From assembly GCA_043821365.1 (NCBI GenBank), contig JBDRCX010000006.1, positions 519,417 through 583,416 of the forward strand: a stretch of 64,000 bases of DNA. The letters run 5' to 3'. Of this stretch, positions 1-9,248 are shown one piece after another (within the stretch, counting starts at the first letter, position 1; every line of letters begins with the position of its first letter). Made by a program: the position numbers and the translations under genes. Under the pieces are notes generated by a model, which was given only the letters and a program-made list of their open reading frames with translations, searched no databases and was not told where the DNA came from. The DNA comes from Candidatus Micrarchaeota archaeon (GTDB lineage Archaea > Micrarchaeota > Micrarchaeia > Anstonellales > Bilamarchaeaceae).

Positions 1-651
1 AAACCAGAGCCTGGAAACTATCTTCTAGTTGTCAATACAGAAGCACTTGATGGCATATTGGATCCTTTACTATCTTCATTTTCAGGTGATTGGAAAAGAA
101 GGGGAATAACAAAAATATCAAAAACAAGAATGTTTTCTGATGTGCTTTCTATTTTTGAAGATGGAACCACATTAGCGCCCGAAGCCAGACCGTTTGATGA
201 TGAAGGGGTATGTTCAAGAAAAAATTCTCTTGTTGAAAATGGTGAAGTAAGATCATTTTTATATGATCGTGAAACTGCAGCATTGTCGAATGTTGATAAT
301 TCTGGGTTTTGCTCGCGTTCATCCTATTCATCCTCTCCTGGTATAGGCTCATCAACTATTATTGTTGATAAGGGGAAATGTAAGGATTTAGTGGAATTAG
401 GTAAACATATTGAACTTATATCTGCCCATGGTTCTCACACAGCGAATCTCACCAGTGGAGACATTGGTCTTGAAGTCAGTAATGCATTTTTAGTTGGAAA
501 CGGAGAAAGAAAACCAATAAAAGGTTTTATGATCAGTACGAATTTATTCGATTTATTTGCCAATATCAAAGCAATCGAAGCAAAGCAAAATATTCATGGT
601 TCTTTGATTGCACCGAGAATAGCATTTAAGGATGTGAAGGTCATTTCGTAA
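1..651 (+). CDS. TldD/PmbA-family metalloprotease, C-terminal part (5' end lies outside the window)
   Basis: Frame 1 is open from nt 1. The C-terminal sequence GDIGLEVSNAFLVGNGERKPIKGFMISTNLFDLFANIKAIE fits the conserved PmbA/TldD C-terminal pattern. Confidence 0.7.
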   Translation, partial: KPEPGNYLLVVNTEALDGILDPLLSSFSGDWKRRGITKISKTRMFSDVLSIFEDGTTLAPEARPFDDEGVCSRKNSLVENGEVRSFLYDRETAALSNVDNSGFCSRSSYSSSPGIGSSTIIVDKGKCKDLVELGKHIELISAHGSHTANLTSGDIGLEVSNAFLVGNGERKPIKGFMISTNLFDLFANIKAIEAKQNIHGSLIAPRIAFKDVKVIS

Positions 652-682
652 AAATTGATTAAGCTTAAATATTTCATCTTAT

Positions 683-2671
683 TTGAATTATGCGATGAAA
701 TTCAAGAGTACGGCAGAAGTCACTGTCCCAGAAAAACTTATTGACCAAATAATTGGTCAGGTTAAAGCAGTTGACATAATAAAAAAAGCTGCAAAACAAA
801 AACGAAATGTTCTACTTATCGGTCCACCTGGTACTGGGAAAAGTATGATGGCCCAGGCAATGGCAGAACTCATGCAAAAAGAAGAACTCGAGGATGTTCT
901 TGTTTATCCTAATCTAAATAATGAGAACCAACCATTAGTTCGTGTATTGAAAACCTATCCAACACACGAATATTTATCTAAGAATAAAGATTTGCTTAAA
1001 TATTACACCCCGTTGGAATTAAGCAAAATAAAAAATATCACTGATAGGCCGCGTCTTGCAAAAATTCTCAGAGCTGGTCTTGGCAGAAGACTGGTTAATC
1101 ATCAAAAACCAAAAGAAGAACAGAAAAATCCACCTTCATTACTTATTATCGGTATACTTGGTCTTATTCTTCTTGCAATAATGTTCAGTGATCAAGTTCC
1201 AGAAAATGCAAAAATGCTTATCACAATTGCTGTTCTTGGTCTTGGGCTTCTTTACATAGTATCAAATGCAACTGCAGGGTTAGGGAGACGTTTAATGGTG
1301 ACTGAGCAGGTTGGTCCAAAACTTATCATAGATAATAGTGACCGTTCTACTGCACCTTTTGTTGATGGTACTAGTTCAAGAGCAGGTTCATTGCTAGGAG
1401 ATATTAAACATGATCCGCTTCAAAGCGGTGGTCTTGGAACTCCGCCTCATCTTCGTGTTGAAGCTGGTGCAATACACCAATCCAACAAGGGTGTTTTGTT
1501 TATTGATGAAATTGCAGCTATGAAAATAAATTGGCAACAGGAAATTCTAACTGCAATGCAAGAAAAAAAATATCCAATTACTGGCCAGAGTGAAATGAGT
1601 TCTGGTGCACTTGTAAAAACACAACCAGTGCCAACTGATTTTGTTCTTGTTGCATCTGGAAATCTTCCAGATATGGCAAATATACATCCAGCATTGCGTT
1701 CAAGAATTCGTGGTGCAGGATATGAAGTTTATGTTGAAGATTCAATGGATGATAATAAGGAAAATGAAGAAGCCCTTATTTGTTTCATTGCCCAGGAAAT
1801 AAAGAAAGACGGTAAGATTCCTCACTTTGCCATAGACGCTGCCATGGAAATAGTTGAAGAAGCAAGAAGAATGTCAGGAAGAAGGAAAAAATTTACACTT
1901 AATTTGCGTGAACTTGGCGGACTTGTACGTGCAGCAGGTGATATTGCAAGGGAAAAAGAACTTCAACTTGTAACAAAAGCAGAAGTAATGGAAGCAAAAA
2001 AATTATCCTCTTCTATAGAAAGTCAGCTTGGTGCAAAACTTATTGAACACAAAAAAGAATATCAGACAATTGTTACAAAAGGAAGTGAAATTGGCAGGGT
2101 AAATGGTCTTGCAGTTCTTGGTGATTCTCGTGCTGGTCTTGTCCTTCCAATTGTTGCAGAAGCAACTCCAGCAGCGTCAAAAAGCGAAGGAAAAGTTATT
2201 GCAACAGGAAAACTTGGAGTGATAGCAAAAGAAGCAGTTGATAATGTTTCTGCAATCTTCAAAAAATATATTGGAACTACAATTGCAAAAAAAGATCTTC
2301 ACATACAGTTTCTACAAACCTATGAAGGTGTTGAGGGTGATAGCGCCTCCATATCAACAGCAGTTGCAGTTATTTCTGCTTTGGCAAGCATTCCAGTGGA
2401 ACAATCTGTTGCCATGACTGGTTCCATTGATGTACGTGGGAGAGTGTTGCCAGTTGGAGGTATAACCTCAAAGATAGAAGCGGCAATAGAGGCAGGTATA
2501 AAGAAAATCCTCATTCCAAAAGCAAATGCACGAGACGTTTATGCAAAAGTAAGAAAGAGAGGCATAGAAATTGTTGAAGTTGACAATATCACTCAAGTTC
2601 TCGAGCATGCTCTTTCAAACTGTGCAGCTAAGAAAAAACTACTTCAAAAAATCAAAAGACAATCTAATTAG
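683..2671 (+). CDS. lonB: Archaeal membrane-anchored Lon protease (LonB type)
   Basis: Walker A GPPGTGKS, an inserted hydrophobic segment ([16 protein letters not shown]...LGLGLLYIV) and a C-terminal Lon proteolytic domain (EGDSASIS...[17 protein letters not shown]). The track start is TTG at 683; ATG at 695 is an alternative. Confidence 0.9.
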   Translation: MNYAMKFKSTAEVTVPEKLIDQIIGQVKAVDIIKKAAKQKRNVLLIGPPGTGKSMMAQAMAELMQKEELEDVLVYPNLNNENQPLVRVLKTYPTHEYLSKNKDLLKYYTPLELSKIKNITDRPRLAKILRAGLGRRLVNHQKPKEEQKNPPSLLIIGILGLILLAIMFSDQVPENAKMLITIAVLGLGLLYIVSNATAGLGRRLMVTEQVGPKLIIDNSDRSTAPFVDGTSSRAGSLLGDIKHDPLQSGGLGTPPHLRVEAGAIHQSNKGVLFIDEIAAMKINWQQEILTAMQEKKYPITGQSEMSSGALVKTQPVPTDFVLVASGNLPDMANIHPALRSRIRGAGYEVYVEDSMDDNKENEEALICFIAQEIKKDGKIPHFAIDAAMEIVEEARRMSGRRKKFTLNLRELGGLVRAAGDIAREKELQLVTKAEVMEAKKLSSSIESQLGAKLIEHKKEYQTIVTKGSEIGRVNGLAVLGDSRAGLVLPIVAEATPAASKSEGKVIATGKLGVIAKEAVDNVSAIFKKYIGTTIAKKDLHIQFLQTYEGVEGDSASISTAVAVISALASIPVEQSVAMTGSIDVRGRVLPVGGITSKIEAAIEAGIKKILIPKANARDVYAKVRKRGIEIVEVDNITQVLEHALSNCAAKKKLLQKIKRQSN

Positions 2672-2683
2672 TTTATAGAACTG

Positions 2684-2824
2684 AAAGGAGATTAGAAAAG
2701 GACCTCGCTCAAAATGCCTTGCATTTTGGGTGTACAAAACCTGCGGTTTTGAACATGGTCCTTTTCATTCTTCTGATTAAAAAAAGGAGATTGAAAGAAC
2801 CTTGGTTCTTTCATTCTTCTGATT
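2684..2824. repeat. Duplicated hairpin unit between convergent lonB and the DUF373 gene; the upstream copy carries a 52-nt double-hairpin insert in its loop
   Basis: Unit B (2783-2824) is AAAGGAGATT-GAAAGAACC-TT-GGTTCTTTC-ATTCTTCTGATT. Unit A (2684-2778) has the same flanks, with stem GAAAAGGACC/GGTCCTTTTC enclosing hairpins at 2710-2728 and 2735-2751. Confidence 0.7.
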
Positions 2825-4052
2825 TCAAAACCACATTATCATCAACAGAACTAACTGCGGACATTGGTATTGAATATCTTTTTTCAAATACATTTTGTAT
2901 GATGAGTTTTCCTTTTTTTGCATCAATGCCAACTATCTTACCCAGGTAACTGCCGTGTTCTGATATTGCTTCTTTACCCTCTATCTTCATATCAAGCAAA
3001 ACTTCTTTCCTATACCAGTTGACAAATAAAGTTACAAAATAACCAACAACCAGTGATATGCCTATACAGAGTAAAAATGTTCCAAAATCAATATATGGTT
3101 CGCTTATATTTGCCACCCACATACTACCGACGAGAAGAACAAAGCTGGTTAGGCCAGCTGCAGCTGAATAAAGCATATGCTTTGCTATTCTGTATTTTTT
3201 CTTTTCCATTAAAGCATCAATGCTTTTTGCAACTAAAATTAGCAACATACTCGTAAAAACAATCCATATAGTATTACCAACAAAAAGTGCAACTATTTTC
3301 TCATTGGCAAGACCCATGCTAATTCCATTCTGAAGTGTTTGGTATCCAACAAAAATACCAATTGTGAGAATTGCAAGTGCACCTATATATCCTATCCAGC
3401 TTGTTCGTTCAAATGAGAATCTAAAGTCTTTTATTACACCTGCAAAAATCTCTTCAAGTCCTGATATTCTGAACAAAAGAGCAAGGCCAATTATAATTCC
3501 AACTATCTGCCAACCCAAACCAAGATAACTTGAAATAGATAAAAGTATTATCAAAACAGCTGGGATTCCAATAACTATTTTTGCAAAATATGGATCACGT
3601 AATTTTTCCAATAAAACAAAATATGTTTTTTCCAGTTCCTTTGCCTGTTTAATGAATACAATCTTTGTTGAATCGACTTTTATTCTTGATTTTATGATTG
3701 GTAGGATTTCTTCATCAGAAGCACCATCAGAAACAAGAATACATGAAGTCGGATTAAATTCCATAACAATTTTTTCAAGTTGGTTACTTATTTCTTTGTC
3801 AGCCTGGTAACCAAGACTTTTGTGTCCTGTTAATGTTGCAACTACTACGTTATGTCCATCTGCTTTCATTTTGTCATGGACTTTGACTGAATAATAAATT
3901 GCATTTGAATCAGGGTCTTCTGGATCTGCCAGTGACAATGCAAGTGCCCCATCAAGGTTCTTTTCCCTTCCTATCAATGGTCCACTTACTTTTGCTTTTT
4001 CGTAAAGATCGTTATCCCGATCTATGCACAAAACCAATATCGGTCGTTTCAT
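2811..4052 (-). CDS. DUF373-family archaeal integral membrane protein
   Basis: N-terminus MKRPILVLCIDRDNDL...GREKNLDGALALSLADPEDPDSNAIY is typical of DUF373, followed by multiple TM helices. The C-terminal approx 60 aa looks PRC-barrel-like. Confidence 0.7.
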   Translation of the reverse strand: MKRPILVLCIDRDNDLYEKAKVSGPLIGREKNLDGALALSLADPEDPDSNAIYYSVKVHDKMKADGHNVVVATLTGHKSLGYQADKEISNQLEKIVMEFNPTSCILVSDGASDEEILPIIKSRIKVDSTKIVFIKQAKELEKTYFVLLEKLRDPYFAKIVIGIPAVLIILLSISSYLGLGWQIVGIIIGLALLFRISGLEEIFAGVIKDFRFSFERTSWIGYIGALAILTIGIFVGYQTLQNGISMGLANEKIVALFVGNTIWIVFTSMLLILVAKSIDALMEKKKYRIAKHMLYSAAAGLTSFVLLVGSMWVANISEPYIDFGTFLLCIGISLVVGYFVTLFVNWYRKEVLLDMKIEGKEAISEHGSYLGKIVGIDAKKGKLIIQNVFEKRYSIPMSAVSSVDDNVVLKSEE

Positions 4053-4124
4053 TGAAATTCCACTAACATTTAACTTTCCAATATCCTTTTTATATTCTTC
4101 TTTTTATTAGTCTATCCTCTTTAG

Positions 4125-4811
4125 ATGGTTAAAATGGAAAAAAAACTAGTTCTACCTGGAGATCATCTTTCAAGTGCAGAAGAAGCTGAGCCAGGAGAGA
4201 ACACATATTCGGAAAATGATGAAGTTTATTCAACTGCAGTGGGAGAGAATTTATCGTCTCCTGGTCATGCGTTAGTCAAATCCAAAGGAAGAAAGCTGAA
4301 AGTTCCTCAGATGGGGGATATTGTCTACTGTTTGATATTCAAAGCAACTGCAAACAAAGCAATAGGTACCTGTGTATCTGCAGATGAAGTTGAAGGTAAT
4401 GGTAGGGGGGTTTCATTTGATGCCGTTCTTCCAGTAACTGCAATAAGACATTCATATGTACGTGAAATAAGAGATGAAGTTCGTATCGGTGATATAGTCA
4501 AAGGCAAGATTCAAAAAATAATGAAATCAGGCATAGATATAAGCATATTGGATAATGATTGTGGTGTTGTTTGTGCATTTTGCCCACGTTGCAGGCAAAA
4601 GATGGACTTGAAAGAAAAAGTATTTATTTGCGGAAGTTGCGGATGGAAAGATTATAAAAAAACTCCACTTGCAGAAGGTGAATCGCCTCCTCCAACTCGT
4701 AGTAGACGGGAGTATGGGGATGGAGATCGCAGAGGGGGCTTTAGGCAAAACCGTGGATATAGTAACAGAAATAATAACAGGGGTTCTTATGGACGTAAAA
4801 GTTTTGGTTAA
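4125..4811 (+). CDS. csl4: Exosome RNA-binding subunit Csl4 (S1 domain plus zinc ribbon) with an R/G-rich tail
   Basis: LVLPGDHL N-terminus, S1-like core (GDIVYCLI...GDIVKGKI), CPRC...CGSC zinc ribbon and C-terminal RRGGFRQNRGYSNRNNNRGSYGRKSFG. Confidence 0.8.
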   Translation: MVKMEKKLVLPGDHLSSAEEAEPGENTYSENDEVYSTAVGENLSSPGHALVKSKGRKLKVPQMGDIVYCLIFKATANKAIGTCVSADEVEGNGRGVSFDAVLPVTAIRHSYVREIRDEVRIGDIVKGKIQKIMKSGIDISILDNDCGVVCAFCPRCRQKMDLKEKVFICGSCGWKDYKKTPLAEGESPPPTRSRREYGDGDRRGGFRQNRGYSNRNNNRGSYGRKSFG

Positions 4812-5064
4812 TGACAAGAATATTATTGAGCTTGATCTTGGTAAAACCGATCAATCTTTGGCACAACTGTTAGTTGAAAAGCTTAATGAAGATAGTGATG
4901 TTGAGTTTGCATCGTATAAAGTGGAACATCCAATTACGGCTACTCCAAAAATTTATCTTCGTACAAAAAAAGGAGATCCAAGCAAGCTTTTACTTGAAAA
5001 ACTCGATGAAATCAAAAACGAAGTATCTGACTTTAAAAAACAATTCCTCGATATTGTGAAATAA
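4789..5064 (+). CDS. rpoL: DNA-directed RNA polymerase subunit L (Rpo11)
   Basis: MDVKVLVNDKNIIELDLGKTDQSLAQLLVEKLNEDSDVEFASYKVEHPITATPKIYLRTKKGDP matches the Rpo11/RpoL pattern. ATG at 4789 overlaps the csl4 end. The track ORF start at 4669 is an upstream read-through. Confidence 0.85.
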   Translation: MDVKVLVNDKNIIELDLGKTDQSLAQLLVEKLNEDSDVEFASYKVEHPITATPKIYLRTKKGDPSKLLLEKLDEIKNEVSDFKKQFLDIVK

Positions 5065-6059
5065 TGTTTGATATCAAGGAGAATCTTAAAAAGTCGAAAT
5101 TTCAAATTGCAGTGCTGCTTGTTACTCTTGTACTTTTTCTTATTACTAATCATCTTTTGAGAGACTCTTCTCTTGGTTTCATTCCGACTATTATTGCAAT
5201 TCTTATTGTGCTCGAGATAGTTGCATTTGTTGCAATCGAAGTTAAAGATGGTGCAAAAAAACACGGCTGGCAGCATGAAATTGTAGATACTATTATTGCA
5301 CTTGCAATCGCAGTTGCAATATGGTTTGGCCTTTCTTTTGTTCTTAATACCAATTCCCCAATATCTGGAGTTGTTTCTTGCAGCATGCTTCCAAATTTAC
5401 AACGTGGTGATTTTGTTATTGTTCAAGGGGCACCAGTTGCTGCCTACGAAATCTCAATGTCTCAAAATGAAATGAATTCACTTACTCAAGATGCAATAGT
5501 CTTCTATGGGGGTAAAAATACCACTATAAAAGGTTCTATTTTTTCATATTGTGTCCAGCATGATGGTAATGAAATGTGCAATTTCTTTGTTAACTATCCA
5601 GAAAATCTTACTGAAGTAAAAGGAGTTTTTACGTATAAATATGAAACATGCGATCTCATATACTCTAATGGAATAGAAAAAACCGAACCATGTTTGAAAT
5701 CAGTTTCTTTCAAAGGTAAAGAATATCTGACAAATTTCTCGAATGATGTAATTGTCTACCAACCTGTTATTGGTGATCTTTATTCAATGATAGGTGATAT
5801 TGTACATAGGACAATGTTCAAAATAAATGTTGAAGATAAAATTTATTATCTCACACGGGGAGACAACAATCCTATTCTTGATCTTCAGGTCTATGATTAT
5901 ACAAATGAAATTGGTAATGGTCCTGTGCCATCTGAAAACGCACGTGGGAAAGTCATCCTAAGAATTCCTTATTTAGGTTATTTCAAATTATTTATCTCTG
6001 GCTATTTACAAGAAGATGCACAATGTAAGACGCAACTGGAATTTACACACACTGAGTGA
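5064..6059 (+). CDS. Signal peptidase I, archaeal/Sec11 type, with a large insertion
   Basis: N-terminal TM, catalytic-Ser box SCSMLPNLQRGDFVIV, IGDIVHR box and TRGDNNPILD box. The ATG overlaps the rpoL stop (TAATG). Confidence 0.75.
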   Translation: MFDIKENLKKSKFQIAVLLVTLVLFLITNHLLRDSSLGFIPTIIAILIVLEIVAFVAIEVKDGAKKHGWQHEIVDTIIALAIAVAIWFGLSFVLNTNSPISGVVSCSMLPNLQRGDFVIVQGAPVAAYEISMSQNEMNSLTQDAIVFYGGKNTTIKGSIFSYCVQHDGNEMCNFFVNYPENLTEVKGVFTYKYETCDLIYSNGIEKTEPCLKSVSFKGKEYLTNFSNDVIVYQPVIGDLYSMIGDIVHRTMFKINVEDKIYYLTRGDNNPILDLQVYDYTNEIGNGPVPSENARGKVILRIPYLGYFKLFISGYLQEDAQCKTQLEFTHTE

Positions 6060-6061
6060 GT

Positions 6062-6844
6062 TTACCTATAATGGTTGCTGCTTATGTCTCTGCTCATATG
6101 ATCTTTTAGACGTAGTCTGATTTCATCTTTTTCTTTGTTAGTCATTTTTGTTTTATCTAATCTTTTATCCCATTCTAAAAGAGCACTTAAAACACGGCTG
6201 AAAGTTCTATCATTGTCTGTATATTCAGCATAATCCATAAGAGCTCTAAGTGCGTATACTGATTCTGATTCTCCAAGAGCTTTTAATATCGCTGAACGAA
6301 GCATGTGGTTTGCCTCATTTTCCATCATACATAAACGGGAGAAATGGTATGTTAGTAATTTTGCCGCATCATCATTTATGTTCAATTTTCCAAGTAACCT
6401 AAAAATCTCCATTATTCCTTCCAATGATGTGTGGTAATTGAACATAGAGCGGTAAACATTCATCCTCAGCTGCCCTGGATCTTTATTGGGATTTTTTAAT
6501 TTAAAATAATCAAAAGTATGCATAAGCCTAAACTCTGAACTTGCAGTTAGGCTTTCATGAAGCATATACAGTATGAGATGGCGTACAGTCTCATTTTCTT
6601 TCCTATAAATTTCTTCTAATTTTTCTAATGAACTATTCTTTGATTCTTCAGTTACTGCAACTGGGTAAAATCGTAGTGCATATATCATTCCTTCTATTTC
6701 CTTTACTTTTGCATTCAGCCCCTCCTGTTTCTTGATTTGCTCCGGGGTTAATTGTGGTTTTTGTATTGGTACTTGCGGAGGTTGTTTTCCATGAATATTA
6801 GCCTTTTCTACTGGTTCTTTTTTTGTTGATTTATTATTTTTCAT
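6062..6844 (-). CDS. Hypothetical protein, helical-repeat (HEAT-like) C-terminal region
   Basis: Long ORF with a K/Q/P-rich N-terminus followed by repeated amphipathic helices. No recognisable catalytic motif. Confidence 0.4.
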   Translation of the reverse strand: MKNNKSTKKEPVEKANIHGKQPPQVPIQKPQLTPEQIKKQEGLNAKVKEIEGMIYALRFYPVAVTEESKNSSLEKLEEIYRKENETVRHLILYMLHESLTASSEFRLMHTFDYFKLKNPNKDPGQLRMNVYRSMFNYHTSLEGIMEIFRLLGKLNINDDAAKLLTYHFSRLCMMENEANHMLRSAILKALGESESVYALRALMDYAEYTDNDRTFSRVLSALLEWDKRLDKTKMTNKEKDEIRLRLKDHMSRDISSNHYR

Positions 6845-6942
6845 TATGCCACCATTCGTAGTCCATTGATCTCAAATATGTTTTAAATACTAAGGGACCG
6901 GTTGTTTAATATCTTCTTGTTTTATATTTCTTTGGTGATTAT

Positions 6943-7497
6943 TTGGACGTTTATTTTGCTACAAGTAATAAGCACAAAGTTGAAGAAGTAACAAAGATTC
7001 TAAAGGAATTTAAGATTACGGTGAAGCATTTCCCGTTTAATCACCGTGAGATTCGTTCAGATTCTTTGGAAGAGATATCTCGGGTGGCAACTGCTGCTGC
7101 ATATAAACAATGTCGTGAACCTGTGTTTGTTGAAGATACTGGTCTTTTCATCGAAGAATTAAACGGGTTTCCAGGTGCCTTTTCAGCATGGGCTTTAGAA
7201 AAAATAGGGTTGCAGGGCATATTAAAACTCATGGAAAACAAGACAAATCGCCATGCTTATTTTGAAACCTGTATTGGATTCAAAAGAGATGCAAGTCACA
7301 TTTCTATATTCACAGGGAAGTGTACTGGGAGAATTTCAACAGGAAAGCGTGGTAGTGGTGGGTTTGGATATGATTCTATCTTCATACCTGAAGGCGAGCA
7401 TCAGACGTTCGCTGAAAGCATAACCTTAAAAAACAAGCTATCACATAGATATAAATCTCTTTTAGAATTCTCTAAACTTTTAACTAGCAGAAGGTGA
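6943..7497 (+). CDS. Non-canonical purine NTP pyrophosphatase (HAM1/RdgB/ITPase family)
   Basis: FATSNKHKVEE...VEDTGLFIEELNGFPGAFSA...GGFGYDSIFIPEG...LSHR are family hallmarks. TTG start about 20 nt after a TTTTATATTT box. Confidence 0.85.
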   Translation: MDVYFATSNKHKVEEVTKILKEFKITVKHFPFNHREIRSDSLEEISRVATAAAYKQCREPVFVEDTGLFIEELNGFPGAFSAWALEKIGLQGILKLMENKTNRHAYFETCIGFKRDASHISIFTGKCTGRISTGKRGSGGFGYDSIFIPEGEHQTFAESITLKNKLSHRYKSLLEFSKLLTSRR

Positions 7498-7584
7498 ATT
7501 CTTTTAAGGTGATTTTTTTATGACATTGAACGGCAATTCGTTCAATAATAAAATTTCCATATAGGAAAGAGGAGATGAAATTTT

Positions 7585-8040
7585 ATGGCAAGATTACATT
7601 CAAAGAAAAAAGGAAAATCAGGTACAAAGAGACCAAAGGGCAACACTGCCCCTAGCTGGACTACTCTGAAACCAGCTGAAATCAAAGAACACATCTTGAA
7701 AATGGCACGTGAAGGTGTTCCACCAGCTAAAATAGGTATAATTTTACGTGATCACTATTCTGTTGCAAACCTAAGAGCACAGTTGGGAATGACCTTGAAA
7801 GCATTTCTGAAAAAAGAAGATGCTCTTGGTGAATACCCAGAAGATCTTTTGAATTTGATCAAAAAAGCTGTAAGAATGGCAAATCATATAAAATCCACAA
7901 AGAATGACACATCAAACAACGTTAAGCTTGTTCATGTGGAATCTAAAATTCAAAGATTGGCAAAATACTACTTATCAAAAGGAATGCTACCGTCAGGTTG
8001 GAAATACAATCGTGAGACTGCAGCATTATTAGTAAAGTAA
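7585..8040 (+). CDS. rps15: Ribosomal protein uS15 (S15P/S13e)
   Basis: MARLHSKKKGKSGTKRP... with the typical archaeal S15/S13e N- and C-terminal domains. Confidence 0.9.
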   Translation: MARLHSKKKGKSGTKRPKGNTAPSWTTLKPAEIKEHILKMAREGVPPAKIGIILRDHYSVANLRAQLGMTLKAFLKKEDALGEYPEDLLNLIKKAVRMANHIKSTKNDTSNNVKLVHVESKIQRLAKYYLSKGMLPSGWKYNRETAALLVK

Positions 8041-8050
8041 CGGTGATTAA

Positions 8051-8641
8051 TTGGCTGGCAAAAAAGTTAAAATTGTTGATAAATGGAAATCAAAGAAATG
8101 GTATTCTGTTAAAGCCCCCTCCTTATTTGAATCAAAGGAGATCTGCGAACTTGTAGCTGCAGATGAAGCAAAACTTATCAATAGGGTTGTCAAAGCAAGT
8201 TTGATGGAATTGGGTGTAAGCGGGTCTCAAATGGCAATGTTTACTGCATTGCGTTTTAGAATCAAAGAAGTCAATGGAAACGATGCAAATACAACTTTGC
8301 TTGGCCATGAAATATCTCCTTCTTTTATAAGAACCTTTGCAAGAAGAGGAAGATCTCTTATTCATCAAGTTGTTGATGGAAAAACCAAAGATAATGAGGA
8401 ACTAAGACTGAAAATTATTGCAGTAACTGGTTCAAGAGTCAGTATGAATACAAAAAAGAATCTCAGAGCTCTTGTTGTTGAAGAAGCCAAAAGTGCCATT
8501 GTTGATAAGAATTTTGATGAAGTTATTCAAGATGTTATCTATGGCAGAGTCTCATCAAAAATATTCAGCAGATTAAAACAAATTACAAAAATGAAACGTG
8601 TTGAAATTCGCAGATCAGAAAGAGGCGAAGAGTTCAAATGA
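8051..8641 (+). CDS. rps3ae: Ribosomal protein eS1 (S3Ae)
   Basis: KKVKIVDKWKSKKWYSVKAP... is the S3Ae signature. TTG start preceded by GGTGA. Confidence 0.9.
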   Translation: MAGKKVKIVDKWKSKKWYSVKAPSLFESKEICELVAADEAKLINRVVKASLMELGVSGSQMAMFTALRFRIKEVNGNDANTTLLGHEISPSFIRTFARRGRSLIHQVVDGKTKDNEELRLKIIAVTGSRVSMNTKKNLRALVVEEAKSAIVDKNFDEVIQDVIYGRVSSKIFSRLKQITKMKRVEIRRSERGEEFK

Positions 8642-8730
8642 AGCGTTGCATATGTCAATCTAACGGCAAAGTTTTATCAAAGGCAAGAAATCAACGCTTT
8701 CTTGACTGTCTTGAAAGCATAGCTTTCAAG
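8641..8730 (+). repeat. Double-hairpin element sharing a 17-nt core with 47048-47093
   Basis: AAGCGTTG...CAACGCTT stem, then TCTTGACTGTCTTGAAA (8700-8716), then the hairpin CTTGAAAGC-ATA-GCTTTCAAG. Confidence 0.65.
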
Positions 8731-8766
8731 CAAAAGATCATTAGATAATATTAGTGGGGTATTCCT

Positions 8767-9099
8767 ATGATGCCAGGTGGAATGGATCCGAAAAAAATGC
8801 AAGCTATGATGAAACAGATGGGTATTAAGAGTGAAGAAATCCCATCATCAAAAGTTGTAATTGAAACTTCTTCTGGTTCTATAGTGATAGAAGAGCCGCA
8901 GGTTGTCCAAGTAACTATGCAAGGACAAAAATCATTTCAAATAAGTGGAAATATACGTGTTGAAGAAAAAGCAAGCGGTGAAGATATAAAGATGGTTATG
9001 GAACAGTCTAATTGTTCTGAAGAAGAGGCAAAACAAGCATTAGAAAAGTCAAATGGAGATATTGCAGAGGCAATTCTCTCTCTTTCTGGAGAAAAATAA
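8767..9099 (+). CDS. nac: Nascent polypeptide-associated complex protein (NAC plus UBA domain)
   Basis: MQAMMKQMGIKSEEI..., a NAC beta-barrel region and a C-terminal UBA-like SEEEAKQALEKSNGDIAEAILSL. Confidence 0.9.
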   Translation: MMPGGMDPKKMQAMMKQMGIKSEEIPSSKVVIETSSGSIVIEEPQVVQVTMQGQKSFQISGNIRVEEKASGEDIKMVMEQSNCSEEEAKQALEKSNGDIAEAILSLSGEK

Positions 9100-9248
9100 T
9101 TAATCAGAATCATTTGTTACCTACGTAGCAGTTGTACTATATTTGTCTGCGTACATTGTAATAAACTCACTAATACGCCTGTTTTTGACTAAAGCAGAAT
9201 CTTTAGGTATACACTAAGGAATAAAAATCTTCATTGGGTTAGTGGATT

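Noticed and set aside
2719-2949. A 76-aa ORF in the lonB/DUF373 intergenic region.
   Set aside because: It starts within the duplicated hairpin element and continues antisense to the DUF373 gene.
4669-4788. An upstream extension of the rpoL ORF (the track start at 4669).
   Set aside because: The extension overlaps 143 nt of csl4 and encodes non-homologous sequence. The conserved Rpo11 sequence begins at the ATG at 4789.
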